From Eledone cirrhosa (Eukaryota), in contig OZ024742.1 of NCBI GenBank assembly GCA_964016885.1, forward strand, positions 223,386,001 through 223,450,000: 64,000 nt of DNA, read 5' to 3'. The translations under genes and the position numbers were made by a program. Below the pieces are notes generated by a model. The model saw only the letters and a list, made by a program, of their open reading frames with translations, was not told where the DNA came from and searched no databases. This document shows, piece after piece, positions 1 through 13,021 of this stretch. Position 1 is the first letter of the stretch; each line of letters opens with the position of its first letter.

Positions 1-6
1 AGAGAG

Positions 7-41
<35 letters not shown>
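1..41. repeat. (AG)n microsatellite
   Basis: Near-perfect AG dinucleotide run at the window start. Confidence 0.95.
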
Positions 42-46
<5 letters not shown>

Positions 47-258
47 TGACTTTGAAGGTGTCATCTTCGCTAGATATGTCAGTGAATAGCCTTCAGCATG
101 GCTGGAGGGATGAAGGTAGAAGGATAATCAATAGGGTGAGGTAAGGGGATTCTTAGTGAAGGTATAAGAGTGATGTACTTTCCTTCTACTGTCTGATTTA
201 GGGGGGAAAGAAAATGAAAAAAAAGGGGGTGAAAAAAAATGGAGAGGCGGAGAGGAGA

Positions 259-289
<31 letters not shown>

Positions 290-357
290 GAGTAGATGCA
301 GAAAGGAGAAGAAGGAGAGACAAGTGAGAAGACTAAGTGGAGAAAAATATATATATA

Positions 358-500
358 CATCATCATCATCATCATCATCATTTTAACAGCCACTTTATTG
401 GTTTGAGTTGGATGTGATGGTTTGAGACAATGTTTTGTAGCTGGATGCCCTTCTTGTTGCCAACCATTTTGGTTACCTCTTACAACATGCAAGGATGCAG
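358..500 (-). mobile_element. Solo RTE LINE 3' UTR fragment
   Basis: (CAT)n run followed by the 'tagctggatgcccttc' motif found in the 3' UTR of the long RTE copies in this window. Confidence 0.6.
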
Positions 501-567
501 CAAACCTATTCTAAAAACCAAGATACATACAGCAGAGTGAATGGTTTCCCCCTCTCTCTCTCTCTCC

Positions 568-616
<49 letters not shown>

Positions 617-638
617 TTATTTATTTCATTGAGATGTG

Positions 639-689
639 GCTTTTACAGTACAAATTCAGTTTCTTTCAGAGATGAAATCATCAGAATGC
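639..689 (-). ncRNA. Degenerate type-I hammerhead ribozyme motif
   Basis: Minus strand reads gcatt-CTGATGA-tttca/tctc/tgaaa-GAAA-ctg..ctg-TA-aaagc. Stem II is a perfect 5 bp; stems I and III have mismatches. Lies beside a (TA)n tract. Confidence 0.4.
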
Positions 690-965
690 TTTTTCTGTTG
701 AATTTCATCACTGAATGTTGTAAGAGAAATACAATGAGAGAGAAACTGTGTGTGAAAGACAGATAGCTATCACCATAGTAACTAACTACACAGCAAGTGA
801 CACTTTCCTGCCAATACTACAAACTTTTTACCAACCATTGTTGCCAGCTTACATGTTCATTACTTGAGACAAGGGTCATAAACCAAGACCTTTTATGTTC
901 AGAAAAATTGTTCCTGAACTGAATTGTTCATGATGAGAGACATTCATGAACTGAGGTTCCACCGA

Positions 966-1023
<58 letters not shown>

Positions 1024-1134
1024 ATATGTATGTGTATGTATGTGTGTTGTGTATCCCGGGTTCAATCGGGAGTAACCACAGTAAGTAAGGTACTCAAGAC
1101 ATAGTAGAGTATATACAATATTTAATATAGAAAT

Positions 1135-1184
1135 GACTTCTACAGGACTAGAACTGTTTCATTCGAAGGAAATCATCAGGAAAG

Positions 1185-1187
<3 letters not shown>
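1135..1187 (-). ncRNA. Type-I hammerhead ribozyme motif
   Basis: Minus strand reads gggctttc-CTGATGA-tttccttcgaat-GAAA-cag-ttctagtc-ctg-TA-gaagtc. Core intact, stem III CAG/CUG, GUA cleavage triplet, short stem I. Sits between (TA)n tracts. Confidence 0.5.
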
Positions 1188-1222
<35 letters not shown>

Positions 1223-1227
<5 letters not shown>

Positions 1228-3821
1228 GTGGCTGGAGCAGGCCTGTAGGCAGGAGGAGAGTAACATGGTGGTGGAACAGTAAGGTGGAGGGGTCAATTAA
1301 GGCCAAAAAGCAGGCTTGGAAAGTATGGCGGGATGGGGGAAGCAGAGAAGACTATCAAGTGGCCAGGAGGGAAGCTAGGAGACAAGTGTACTTCGCAAGA
1401 AGGGAAGCAGAGGAAGTTCAAGCATGTTCTACAACGCGAGGACCAAAAACGTGAGGTGTTCAGGATTGCTAGGCAATGTGTCAAGGAAAACCGTGATATT
1501 GTCGGGGAGAAGTGTGTACTTAATGATGACGGCGTACTTGCCATCACTGACGCTGATAAGAAGGTAGCTTGGAAGTGTCACTATGAAAGGCTACTAAATG
1601 AGGAGAATAAATGGGAGAAAGACAGTCTCCCCCACATCGACCCAATAGAGGGACCAGCAGTGTTAGTCGAGGGTAGTATAATAAGTAAGGCAATCAAAGA
1701 TATGAAGACGGGTAAGGCGGCTGGGCCTTCGGAAATAGTTGCCGAGATGCTGAAGGCATCTGGTACGGTGGGACACACCATGGTCACCCGGATAGTTAAC
1801 CAAGTCGTACAGAATGGGGTTGTTCCGAAGGACTGGCGTAGTAGCATCATCGTTAACTGTTATAAGGGGAAAGGAGATGCCCTAGATAGGAGTAACTATA
1901 GAGGCATTAAATTAATCGACCAGGTCATGAAGGTCACGGAAAAAGTAATAGCGCAACTAATCCGAGAGAGAATTGATCTAGATGAAATGCAGTTCGGGTT
2001 TGTGTCAGGTAAAAGTACCACAGACGCTCTTTTCATTGTACGACAACTACAGGAGAAGTACCTAGCTAAAAGTAAACCCCTATACTTAGCTTTTGTCGAC
2101 TTGGAGAAAGCCTTCGACACAGTCCCCCGTTCCATTATCTGGTGGGCTCTTAGAAAACTAGGTGTTGACGAATGGCTTGTGAGAGCCATACAAGCCATGT
2201 ATAAAGAAACAGTCAGCAAGGTTAGAATTAACAACGAATATAGTGAAGAGTTTAGCGCAAAAGTTGGCGTCCATCAGGGCTCTGTTCTCAGCCCCCTACT
2301 ATTTATTATTGCCCTTCAGGCTATAACAGAAGACCGGTTGCCCATGGGAACTCCTATACGCAGATGACCTAACACTCATAGCTGAATCAATGGCCATGCT
2401 AGAGAAGAAATTCCAAACATGGAAGCACGGCCTAGAATCAAAAGGCCTTAAAATTAACCTGGCTAAGACTAAAGTTCTAGTTTGTAAGAAAGAAAATAAG
2501 GCGGCGGTCCCTTCCAGGAAGTGGCCATGCTCAGTGTGTAGGAAAGGCGTAGGTAGAAACTCCATTTTGTGTCCCAAATGCAAAGTATGGGTGCATAAAA
2601 GATGTAGTGGGATCACAAGTAAGCTAACTAAGAACATTAGATTTTACATGTGGCCAGTGCTCTGGTGCAATAAGTAGCAGCAAGTGCCCACAAAATACTA
2701 GCTCTTTCAACTGCGCAGAGGGTTCTATAGAAATAGTGGACAGCTTCCGTTACCTGGGTGACAAAATCAGCAGTGGGGGAGGGTGCTCTGAAAGTACAGT
2801 AGCTAGAGTCAGAACTGGATGGAAAAAGTTCAGAGAGCTTATACCGCTATTAGCCGCTAAAGGGTTCTCCCTAAAAATGAAAGGCAGGTTGTACGATGCC
2901 TGCATACGAACAGCAATGTTGCATGTCAGTGAGACCTGGGCATTGTGTGCAGAGGATATACGCAGACTAGAGAGAAACGAAGCTTGCATGCTCCGCTGGA
3001 TGTGTAATAGTAATATACGTGAACGGCAAAGCATAAACGAACTAAGGAAAAAATTAGAAATAAGAGGGATCAGATGTTGTTTACTCGAGAGAAGGCTACG
3101 TTGGTATGGTCACGTGATGCGCATGAAGGACGATAGCTGTATAACAAAGTGCAGGGCAATAAAGATAGACGGTAGCCACGGAATAGGCAGACCCAGAAAA
3201 ACCTGGGACGAGCTGATAAATTCCGACCTCACACACTTACACCTCACCAAGACAATGTCACTGGACCGAGACCTTTGGCGGTACTCAGTAATAGAGAAGA
3301 CCCGCCTTACCTAAATACAAAGTAAAACCTACTACAGTCAGTAGGCATCTCTAACAAAATACACCCCCGTCCCACCACCCCCACCCCATCCACACCGCCC
3401 CTTTCAATGTAAAGTTATGTTGGTGCCACAACATCCAGGCCGAAACAAATGAGATCGTGTAGTGTCACGTCAAAAAACACACAGTTCACGCTGTAATGTG
3501 GCCGTGTAGGCAACACGGTAAAAACCTCCCAGCCCCTCACTGTAAATGTGGTTGGTGTTAGGAAGGGCATCCAGCTGTAGAAAACCCGCCAGACAGTCCA
3601 CACTGTAATGTGGCCGTGTAGGCAACACGGTAAAAACCTCCCAGCCCCACACTGTAAATGTGGTTGGTGTTAGGAAGGGCATCCAGCTGTAGAAAACCCG
3701 CCAGATAGTCCTATGCGAGCAAGATAATCACTCTTGCCTCAAGTGGGAAAACCCCCGTCCAAACCCATGCAAGCGTGGAACACGGACGTTAAACGTTGAT
3801 GATGATGATGATGATGATGAT
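1223..3821 (+). mobile_element. RTE-clade LINE, family A, 5'-truncated and frameshifted (RT plus C-terminus)
   Basis: ORFs 1333-2367, 2390-2677 and 2736-3314 give RT motifs (QFGF, AFVDLEKAFD, GVHQGSVLSP, YADD, FRYLG, RLRWYGHV). (GAT)n tail; nearly identical to the 46-49 kb copy; 112-bp tandem duplication in the 3' UTR (3491/3603). Confidence 0.95.
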
Positions 3822-3946
3822 AAAATATATAAAATAGTTGTTCTTTTGATCAAAGCTCCTGAAAATTATTTTTCAGTTGAGTGCTTCCAATCTACTGTAA
3901 AACTCATTCTTTGACATAATCATCGAATATTGTTTAACAACTTAAT

Positions 3947-3994
<48 letters not shown>

Positions 3995-4449
3995 GGGGAG
4001 ATGGGGAGGAGAAATAACAGTACTGTAGATGTTACATGGAAACATTCTTTCATATTATATGTAGTAGTAGTAGTAGAAGCAGTAGTAGAGATGGGAGGCT
4101 TTATAATATGTGGACAGTTGGATTAACTATTAAAATATGACAAGTGGGTAACAAACAGCAATAATTATTAAAAAAAGAACACACAAAAAAATGACCTATC
4201 TTCTTGCTTTGTCTTCTCTGAAAAATGGAATGTCATATGAATGGTGTATCTAGAGCCGATGCTTCCAATAAGGTCAACTAGGCAGTCATCTACAGCTCAG
4301 ATCTCAGAGAAGCATATTACTGAACTGTCTGAAACCAGCCCTGGTTCTTCAATGCAAAGCTGTTTATTTTAAAGGGTTTATATTTATATAAAAACTTCCG
4401 TCACAATTTTATGTAAGCATCTTTATGTAATCTTCAAAACACCAACTTA

Positions 4450-4606
4450 ATAATTGTTTCTAATTTTGGCACCAGTGCATGACTGCTACTTTAGTTTATC
4501 GACCCTGTAAGGATGAAAGGCAAAGTTAACCTCAGAATATAAAAGGCCATAACTCTGTGCTGCAAAGCATTGTGTCTGATGCTCTACCGATACTGCCAAT
4601 CCACCA
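4450..4606 (-). mobile_element. tRNA-derived SINE (Meta-like central domain), degenerate
   Basis: Reverse-complement similarity to the SINE at 39593-39778 ('ttatcgaccc..aaggatgaaaggcaaagttaacctc', 'ctctaccgatactgccaatccacc'). Confidence 0.7.
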
Positions 4607-4663
4607 ACTTAATAATGATTTCTAACTTTAGGGGAAGAGAATTAGGGGCTAACCAAATGTACA

Positions 4664-5008
4664 TTTTGGCTTACAATCTCTTCAATGGCCATTACGATCT
4701 CCCTCAAGATCTCCTATTCACTCCGGCACTTGAAAGGGGTCTATGTGGACATGACAAAAAGCTGTTTCACCGCCGCTTTCGCCTAAATAGACGGAAAGTT
4801 GCTTTCTCAATCCGCATCTCTGGACCCTGAAATCGGCTTCCAGAAGAAGTAGTCAACGCGTCAACCACGCAACAATTCAAGGCAAAATTGGATGAGTGTT
4901 GGACCACTGTGTTTCGGATTGTGTAAATTTTGCCCCCCTCCCCTCCTTACATGGCATCTGAAGCATCTATGTTTTAATTTCTGCCAAATATATTGAATTG
5001 AATTGAAT
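4664..5008 (+). mobile_element. CR1/L2-group LINE 3' remnant
   Basis: Translation ...RGLCGHDKKLFHRRFRLNRRKVAFSIRISGP*NRLPEEVVNASTTQQFKAKLD is the typical CR1 ORF2 C-terminus (RGH..KL, WN.LP). Ends in a (TTGAA)n tail. Confidence 0.8.
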
Positions 5009-5009
5009 A

Positions 5010-5158
5010 CAGGTACAACTTATTTTTACCAGTGGAGTGAATTGAAGCAACATAAAATAAAGTACCTTGCTCAAGGACACAACACACCACCAGGAATCAA
5101 ACTCATAACCTTATGACTGTGAGCTGAATGCCCTAACCACTAAGCCATATGCGTTCAC
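5010..5158 (-). mobile_element. tRNA-derived CORE-type SINE
   Basis: Minus strand has A-box 'tggcttagtggttagg', a degenerate B-box and the CORE-like 'tgtccttgagcaag..actttattt'. Confidence 0.65.
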
Positions 5159-5651
5159 ATAAGTTACATATTTATGTATATAAACACAAATAACATAACT
5201 GTCCAGGATTTAAAAATAAATATGTTCAGTATTCCTGCAACCACCACCACTCTCTTTCTCATTAACACTGTTTCCCCCCACCCACTCACTGTCTAGTGTG
5301 ACTAACATTTTACACAAAATATGTATGTAAGTACCTAAAACTTCTGATGGAGTTGTGGAGGCAATGTCATGACAAACAGCTCACCTTGGGTACTTTAAAC
5401 CTGGTGGAGTCCCTCTCCAGCTGATTTTTTCCAGAGAGAGATAAGTGAGAAAGAGATATAGAGGAAGAATTGATTCCAGTACTGGATTGGTACTTTATCG
5501 ACCTTGAATGGACAAAAGGCAAAATTGACCCTTTGAACTCATGAGTGGAGAGAGCTGGAATTCTCTCTGACGTTCCAATGACTCTGTTAATTCATTACAG
5601 ATATATGAAATATACAACGGCTTTCAAATAACAGATTTGTATAATTAAATA

Positions 5652-6012
5652 TCATTATCATCATCACCATTTTACATCAATGTTTCTACACTAGCATGGG
5701 TTAGACAGGTTGTCCTGTTGTGAGCAATGCCAGGTCAGGTGACCATGTCTTGCTTATACAGGACTGATTTGGGCTCGGTTTCTACAGCTGGATGCCCTTC
5801 CTAACACCAACCTCATTTACAGTGTGTACTGGGTGCTTTTTTACTGTGGCACCTACATGACCACTTTACAGTGTGGACTACGTGCTTTTTATTGTGACAC
5901 CTACATGACCACTTTACAGTGGGAAGGGCATGGGGGAATATTGTCTATATGCTTCAGCTTCAGCTTGTACCTGTGGGAACTCAGGTCTTCTGTATTACTG
6001 CGTAATGCCAGA
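5652..6012 (-). mobile_element. RTE family B-like 3' end fragment
   Basis: Collinear with the 3' UTR and last codons of the element at 35936-36290. Confidence 0.85.
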
Positions 6013-6774
6013 TCTCGATTAGCAAATAAATTGCAAAACATCTTTCCTACATAACAGTGTTCTGGAAATATGAAAAGCGGTGGAGACGGTATATAGTGCT
6101 ATAACCTGTTACATGATTTGATGTGAGAGTGTGTGGACTGTGTAGTGGAAAATGTATACTTTGTAATTTTCTTAGTGTTGTCAGAACAAGAAGTATCAAA
6201 CATTATGTTTGTCAGCTTATCAAACTGCAAGTTGAAATTATTTTATTTTGGAGAATGGGGCACAGAACTAAAAGAGGACAGAGATTGTATGGCTAGCCTA
6301 GGGAATTAAATACCCAGGCACTGGCACTGTGTACAACATAATCTTTTAAAATATTCTCCATATTTGACATTAATAACAGAATCACATATTTTTTATATGT
6401 GGGTGCTTGACTGTTCTAGTACCTCAGCCTCACTATCATGGTAATGTCATAAGTGGTTTGAGCTGCATTTTTCTTTTTTTCCCCCTTTTCTGACTCATTT
6501 TTATTGATTTATTTCTTTTCTAAATTATAAACAATATATATATATTGAAAGTAAAAACCTATTGATCTGACAAATAAACCACTGTAAACATGGAAAAATG
6601 GGAAGAAGAAATCAAGTTTAATTTCATTATTCAAGCTTTATTTAATCCTTCTCCTAGAAATAGACTGCCTATGATTTTCAAATTATTTTGAAACTAATCA
6701 GAAATTTGGAGGGAATTAGTAATATAACAGTCTCATAATAAATTTGTGCTTGGAACTTAATTTAAGAAAAGTTG

Positions 6775-8615
6775 ATAATGATTATGAAAATTAATGTGTA
6801 CAATGCTCAGGTGCACTACAACTCATTAAAAGTGCATGTACAGTACACAGAATAATGTACAAATGTCAGGAAAGTGAACAGCGTATGAAGGGGGAATATC
6901 AGGTGTAGTGTTGACGAATTTTGGGAAGCATTGAAGTTTTGAAGGATGCAGATAGTTTGTTACATGCTTCAGCAACACAGAGTAAAAAAAATGTTTCCAA
7001 AAGTCATGGGACCTGTACTGTTTTCTGATTTTGTAAGCATGTCCATGGGTGTTTGACATGAAATTCAAAAAGGTGTTCAGGGTTGTTGTTGGAAAGATGG
7101 TTAATAATCTTGTGGGTGTCTACCAAGTCAGTTGCCAGACGTTCAAGCTTTAATGCACCCATGTTCAGGGAAGTGAGGCATTTCAGAGTATGGTAGATAC
7201 CTGATGGAGTGGAGGGGGGGGGGGTATTCATTTGTTGCATGTCTCTGAATAGTTTCCAGAAGATCAATATTCTGAGCAAGATAAGGATTCCAGACTGGTG
7301 ATGCAAATTCTAAGTGTGGACACACCATTTTGAGATGTGCTTTTTCCAATGCAAATTGCTGTTAACAATAATGCCCAGGTCTTGTCCACAAGAAAACTTC
7401 TTGAGATTGGTGTTGTGGAGGGAGTATGTGAGCACTGGATTTTTCCTCCCAAAATGCATGGTGGTATGCTTGTCCCCAGCCAGCTTGAGTTGCCAGGCTG
7501 TAAGCCATTGCTATATTGTGTCCAGGTTTGATTGCAGGAAAGATCTATAGCGTACAGGATTTGACTTTTTTATCTCAAGGTACAGCGGGATGTCATCTGC
7601 ATATTTCAGCAATGTGGCATTCTTTAAGTTGGCATCTATGTCATTAATATATGCAACAAACAAAAGGGGACCAAGAACAGATCCCTGTGGTTCACCAGAT
7701 ATCATCTCATAGGATGAAGAATGCTGTTCTAGAATATGACTACCTCTTTTCGACTGAGAATGAAGGACTTCAACCAGTAATAAAGATCATCTCTCATGCC
7801 CATTATAGAGAGTTTTGCCATAAGTCTTTTGTGTAGTACAGAATTAAAAGCTCTAGCAAAGTTAAGATAAATAACATTCACCCATGAGTCGCCATCAGTG
7901 ATTCGGGTAATGTCTTCAAGAAACTTGATGAGTTGATCACAGCAGCTGGAGTTAGAGATAAATCCAAATTGCGAGGGCTGAATAAGGCTGTGAGAAGTTC
8001 CAGAGTGTTTCTCTGACATAAAACTCCATCAGTTTGGCAAGGCAGCTAGTTTTCCACTGCTCAGGGGTAACACCGTTGTTAAGGCAGAATTGAAAGAAGA
8101 GTGAAAGCTGGTGCAGAAGAAAGTACCCACATTTGAGAAGCAGGTATGTAACACCATCAAGTTCAGGAGAGGCATAGTTGCACTTGATCTTAAGGTGGTG
8201 TCGTAGGGCCCTGCTTTGGATGAACATATTTCCAGAACACTTTGCTGTCAGGGCTGGTTGCCGAAAGCTGTTCAAATTTAAGCGCTGCCTTTTTTGTCAC
8301 CTGCTTGAGATGGTTAGATGATCTATTGTGCTTTTTTCTATTAACCTCTGATCTATATAGTTTGTATTTCAGTTCAGCATCACAAAGTTCTTTCCTGGCA
8401 AGTTGGACTGCTGCAGTCTCCCAAATTGCACTTTTGGGATGTTTTTTTGTGCTTACGTGATACTTATGCTGCACATGCTGTCCATATTGAATTCAGGATA
8501 TTCTGAAGTATAGTATTCACATCACCAGAGTCATAAAATTCAAGCCAGTTTGGGCATTGTAGCTCAGTGCAGTAAGCATTCCAGTTTGCTTTATTCAGTC
8601 TGCAGCTTAGTGATG
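6775..8615 (-). mobile_element. CR1-clade LINE, decayed ORF2
   Basis: Fragments SQFGF, VIYLNFARAFNSV, SGEPQGSVLGPLLFVAYINDI, LKYADD, PHLEFASPVWNPY, HGHAYKI with many frameshifts. Same 3' end as the 33.0-33.8 kb copy. Confidence 0.92.
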
Positions 8616-9477
8616 GTTCTTACATAAAATGATGATGGAAGGTTTTTAGATAAATGTAAACACTTTAAAAGAAACAGATTTGTATAATAGAGTTTTAGAT
8701 ATTTAATTTCTAAAACGAATTGTGATTAGAAGTGAAGTGTTACACATACCAAGGGGAGTAACTCTTTTTACTCGCTTTCAAAACTGAAATTATGACAGTA
8801 AAAGTGATAAATCTTTTTCATTTTAATTTTTTTTAATATGGGACATTAGCAATTGTTTAACTGGTGGACACTTTTGGAGGGGTGGGTTGGTGAAAACGGA
8901 ATTTAGTGTCCTTAATGAGCGTTTTTCTTATATTCTTTAAAGATATAAGTTTCCAGTTTTAAATAAATTACCCCTTTTTAATGGTATTTAAATAAAATAC
9001 AGGCAACACTCGTGTCCTGCATTCAAAGTCAGCTGTATTCAGACATGGAAAAGGATAGGCTCTGCCAGGTATTAAAACACCCAAGTATATCACGACAGTG
9101 CTCCTATAACTCCATCAGAAGTTAAATGCCCATGGCCTAAATAGAAATAAAATGTAACTTTTTCATCTGATTTTTTTTCCTAGATTCAATTAACTGCCTG
9201 TCATAGATAACACTGTGTAACAAAAAAAAAAAATGTTCTCTGTTCCTGGCTTATAATCACTTTTTTGTGTTCCTTAGGTCCCAAATAAATTTTAAAAAAG
9301 TGCTATTAAACAGTTAAAAGTTTGGGTTTCTAAAAATTCTAAGCTATTCACTGGAATTTTTTTAATTATAGTTTAAAAAAAACGAAAAAAGACTTAGAAA
9401 TAACGAAGTGAACCTTTTTATATCAAACCACGCGAAACCATCTCTGATTCTACAATACAAAACTGCTTACTTTAAAG

Positions 9478-9659
9478 CAGAGGTTCTTTATATACTATGT
9501 ATAAATAAATATATTTTATTTTGCTATATTTATAAATAATATGTATCATTTGAAATTAATATACTTTTATATTATCTCTACCGACCCCTTAGGCACCAGT
9601 GCCCTCCATGGTCACTTCAATACCCCCTGGGGCGGTAGCGCCCACTTTGAGAACCTCTG
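9478..9659. mobile_element. hAT-type MITE
   Basis: Terminal inverted repeats cagaggttct / agaacctctg, flanked by 8-bp near-identical TSDs ctttaaag / cttttaag. Confidence 0.7.
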
Positions 9660-9768
9660 CTTTTAAGTGTTTATATTTATTTAAAAATCTTCCTTCATGA
9701 TTTTATAAGAAACTTTGTCAAGTTCCAATGAAGTTAGTTATATTACTTAAAAAAAAAATTAAAAAAAA

Positions 9769-10093
9769 AGGATCGAACGACTGGCGTCAAATCGGACCGA
9801 GGTAACAATGTTTCCGTCGGTCTTCCCAGTTGCTAGTACTATCTATCAGTCGCAACTCCAGGTAGAAGAAGCAACGTGAAATAAAGTGTCTCGCTCAAGG
9901 ACATTGTATTCACAATCTTGAGGTTGTGAGTTCGATTCCTGGACCGGGCGATGCGTTATGTCCTTGAGCAAGACACTTTATTTCACGTTGCTCCTTCTAC
10001 CTGGAGTTGCGACTGATAGATAGTACTAGCAACTGGAAAGACCGACGGAAACATTGTTTCCTCGGTCCGATTTGACGAAAGTCGATCGATCCT
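9769..10093. mobile_element. Fold-back (inverted-duplicated) CORE-SINE-like element
   Basis: 136-nt inverted arms (9769-9904 and 9958-10093, about 7 mismatches). The 53-nt loop contains a B-box (gagttcgattcc). CORE-like 'atgtccttgagcaagacactttatttcacgttgctcc'. Direct repeat tatattact at 9739-9747 and 10093-10101. Confidence 0.8.
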
Positions 10094-10348
10094 ATATTAC
10101 TAAAGTCATCCAAATTATTGATTATTTCAAAAATCATTTGAAAATTTTAAGCCGTATCTTTCTTTAGACATGATAATGAAAAAGTTGAAGTTTATAACAA
10201 AATAAGACAGTTACCTCAGCTGTCAATGCTGACAGAAGTAATCATACTAACCCAGAAAAGTTATCTCCCTTATATAAAGAATTAACTAAAATATTGACAA
10301 TTTTGTTTTGTTGTTCACTGGGTTGGTAGACTTAATCCACCACTTGGT

Positions 10349-10520
10349 TTAACCCTTTTGTGACTGTATTTCTAAAGAAATCACACTACTTCAATTAATT
10401 AATGAACATTATTAATTATTTCATTACTAAGATAGTATATGTAACATAACATATTACTCATATAAAATAAGGTTTTGTTTCATAGAGCCAGTTTTGGTCA
10501 AATTGGTATCAAAAGGTTAA
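10349..10520. mobile_element. piggyBac-like AT-rich MITE
   Basis: Bounded by ttaaccctttt / caaaaggttaa; related copies recur throughout the window. Confidence 0.5.
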
Positions 10521-11149
10521 TGAAGAGTTTTGAATGATTTACTAAAACTAAAAATTACTTCAATACAAAGACAGTAACTTAACATATGGTTCTAATATAA
10601 AATTATGTATGAACATTTTTATTTAAACAGAATCCCTTTAAAATGGGATGATTTTTTTCGTATAACCAGAGTCTGTTTGCAGCAGGCTGGTTTTAAAAGG
10701 GTTAACATCATCACATGACTCTTGAGTGCCTTTAGTAAAGTCCACTCCGTTATAAGCATTTGGGTCAAGTATCCAGCTTGAGGATACCTTTTTCTTTCAT
10801 TACCCTTACACCAGTCTCAGAATCACAGGGGCCAATAAAACCTCCATTCTTCTCTACCTCCCTCACACCAGTAACAGAGGTCAATAAAATAAAATATTTG
10901 TCTATAGTAGTGGATTGGAAGAAATTTTAAAGTATCAGATTAGATAGTCGTGGTTTTCGTTCTAGCTTTTTGTATTCTGTATTCAAATACTGCTGTGATC
11001 TAAGTAGATGTTAAACTTACTATGTAACTCAGTTTAACACCAACATCTGGCCTTTTTAGGTGCATTTAGTAGGGTTCATTCAAGAGTAAGCATTTTGGTA
11101 AGATCTCTGATTTGAGGGTACCATCTTCCCTCCTTCTCCTCCCCACCAG

Positions 11150-11340
11150 TATTTTCAGAGAGCCCTTTATCCAGGTAACCCAGCCAGAGTTGATGAAGCT
11201 CTGGTTTGTGTCCAAGTAGCAATATCCCAGACAGTACTGTCCTAACAATGGCTCACCTCTCCTGAGCCACAGCAACATTGAAGCAACTTTAGTCTCAGTG
11301 GTGGTTAACTTGATGGCCTTTCACCTTGATTTAGCCAAGG
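11150..11340 (-). mobile_element. Possible HERO-type (REL) non-LTR element 3' remnant
   Basis: Minus-strand translation AIKLTTTETKVASMLLWLRR resembles the HERO C-terminal A..AE.AS.WLW.KR motif, followed by a 'ggctgggt.acctgg' 3' UTR-like sequence. Recalled similarity only. Confidence 0.3.
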
Positions 11341-11900
11341 ATCATCGCCGTCAACATTTTATGTTAATGTTTCCATGCTTGTATGGGTTGGAGAGATTAT
11401 CTCTCACACACCTCCTCTCCATTTGTTATATGCGCCTTTTGTAATCTCTAAGTTTTAGCATTTTGAGATCAGCTCTCACAACTGATGCTGAAATATTCCT
11501 CTATTGCAGCTTTTTCTGCTAACATCCCTTGGCATTTCTTCACCCAACAATTATATTCTGTACGCATTGTACTAGTGCAGTCTTCTACCTTGCATATTAT
11601 ATCTGATTCCTCTTATACTCATTACATGTCCCTACCACAGCTGTCTTCTTTCCTGGACACAACATCTGATTCTTCTTTATGCCCATCCCATGTTTGTACC
11701 ACATATCTGTACCAGCAGTCTTCTCTCTGGTACGCTGCATTTGATTCCTTTTATACCTAGTTTTCTCTCAATTCACATATTTCATCATTCATAAAATACA
11801 TCCAATGGAGCATGTTCACTCCATTTCTTTCTTCCTTCACATATCTTCTGCATTCACTGCCCATGTCTCGCACACAATATATAGATACACACCCAATATT
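11341..11900 (-). mobile_element. Old RTE LINE 3' remnant
   Basis: Degenerate (CAT)n-like start, 'ccatgcttgtatgggttgg' RTE 3' motif, and similarity to the RTE C-terminal region ('acatgtcc.taccacagctgtcttct', 'catccaatggagcat'). Confidence 0.55.
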
Positions 11901-13021
11901 AACTAGAAATAAAATAACTACAACATCTAAAGAAACTAACAAAGGTGTTTTATCTATTCAGTTGCTGTTGTTTATTGTTCAGTGAAATCAGTTGATAGAT
12001 CATATAACTAATTCACTATAATATACAGCATTATATATCTCTATATGCTTCAACTATCACCAATAATGAATTTAACTGGCTTGTTATTCACTATAAGGAG
12101 CAGTATATGAGGAAATGGAGCATTGCTTGGCACCAACTATACCCAAAGAAAAACTTGACTAACGTACATTAGTGTTTAGTTAAACAAATGCTTTTATTTC
12201 ATTTTTTCTTTCATGGAATGAAAACAGTAAGAGTTTGAAAGCCATTTTTCTTGCTAAAGTAGACCCCATGGAAAGCTTCATGCTCACCATATAGCTGGAT
12301 GTCCTACCTGGTACCAACCCTTTTAGTCATCTCTTACAATTTGCAAGGACATGGTGTACCTATTCTAAATCAGATATGAACGAGAATTTAAAAAAAGATC
12401 TGATTTGCTGTGTGTACCCAGTTTAAAATAGGTATACTATTAGTTTTGTATTGTAGAAGCAGAGGCAGTTTCAGGTGGTTTGGTATCAAAAAAGACATAA
12501 ATGTATATGTAGTGTACATAATATACATACATGTCATAGAACAGAATAAAAGAACCCAAAATTGTAGGCCTAATCTTACTAACCTCTCTGACCCTATCCC
12601 TTCACCACACATGTATTTGTTCTGACCTGACTACAGCAATGAAGGTAGTACAATTAATTTATGCAAAAAACTATAGCCGCAAGTTGATCAATGCTTTGTG
12701 AGTGGAACTATATATATATACAGAGAGAGAGAGAGAGAGATGGGTGGAGAGAGAGAGAGATCTACATTACAAATTCACCCAGTACACACTGTAAAGTGGC
12801 TGGTGATAGGAAGGGCATCCAGCCATAAAAATTTTGCCAAACAAAGGGGAAGGAACCTCAGTTGTATCAAAGGCATGACAACCTCTCCTGGGCACCTGAA
12901 GGAACATGAGACTGTACATAAGTGCACAAGTCCCTGGTCTGACAGGGAGATCAGTGCTTCCACTTCAATACTGATTTAGTCTTTATGGATCCGATAATTA
13001 TATATATATATATATATATAT

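Noticed and set aside
79-492. Low-complexity ORFs (poly-M, SLSL, YIYI, RERE)
   Set aside because: Translations of microsatellites and (CAT)n LINE tails.
4195-4345. Possible next TTC28-like exon
   Set aside because: No TPR-like translation or convincing splice sites seen on the minus strand.
5344-5385. Hammerhead-like ctgatgg...aaacagctc
   Set aside because: Core positions A9 and G12 are missing and no stem I forms.
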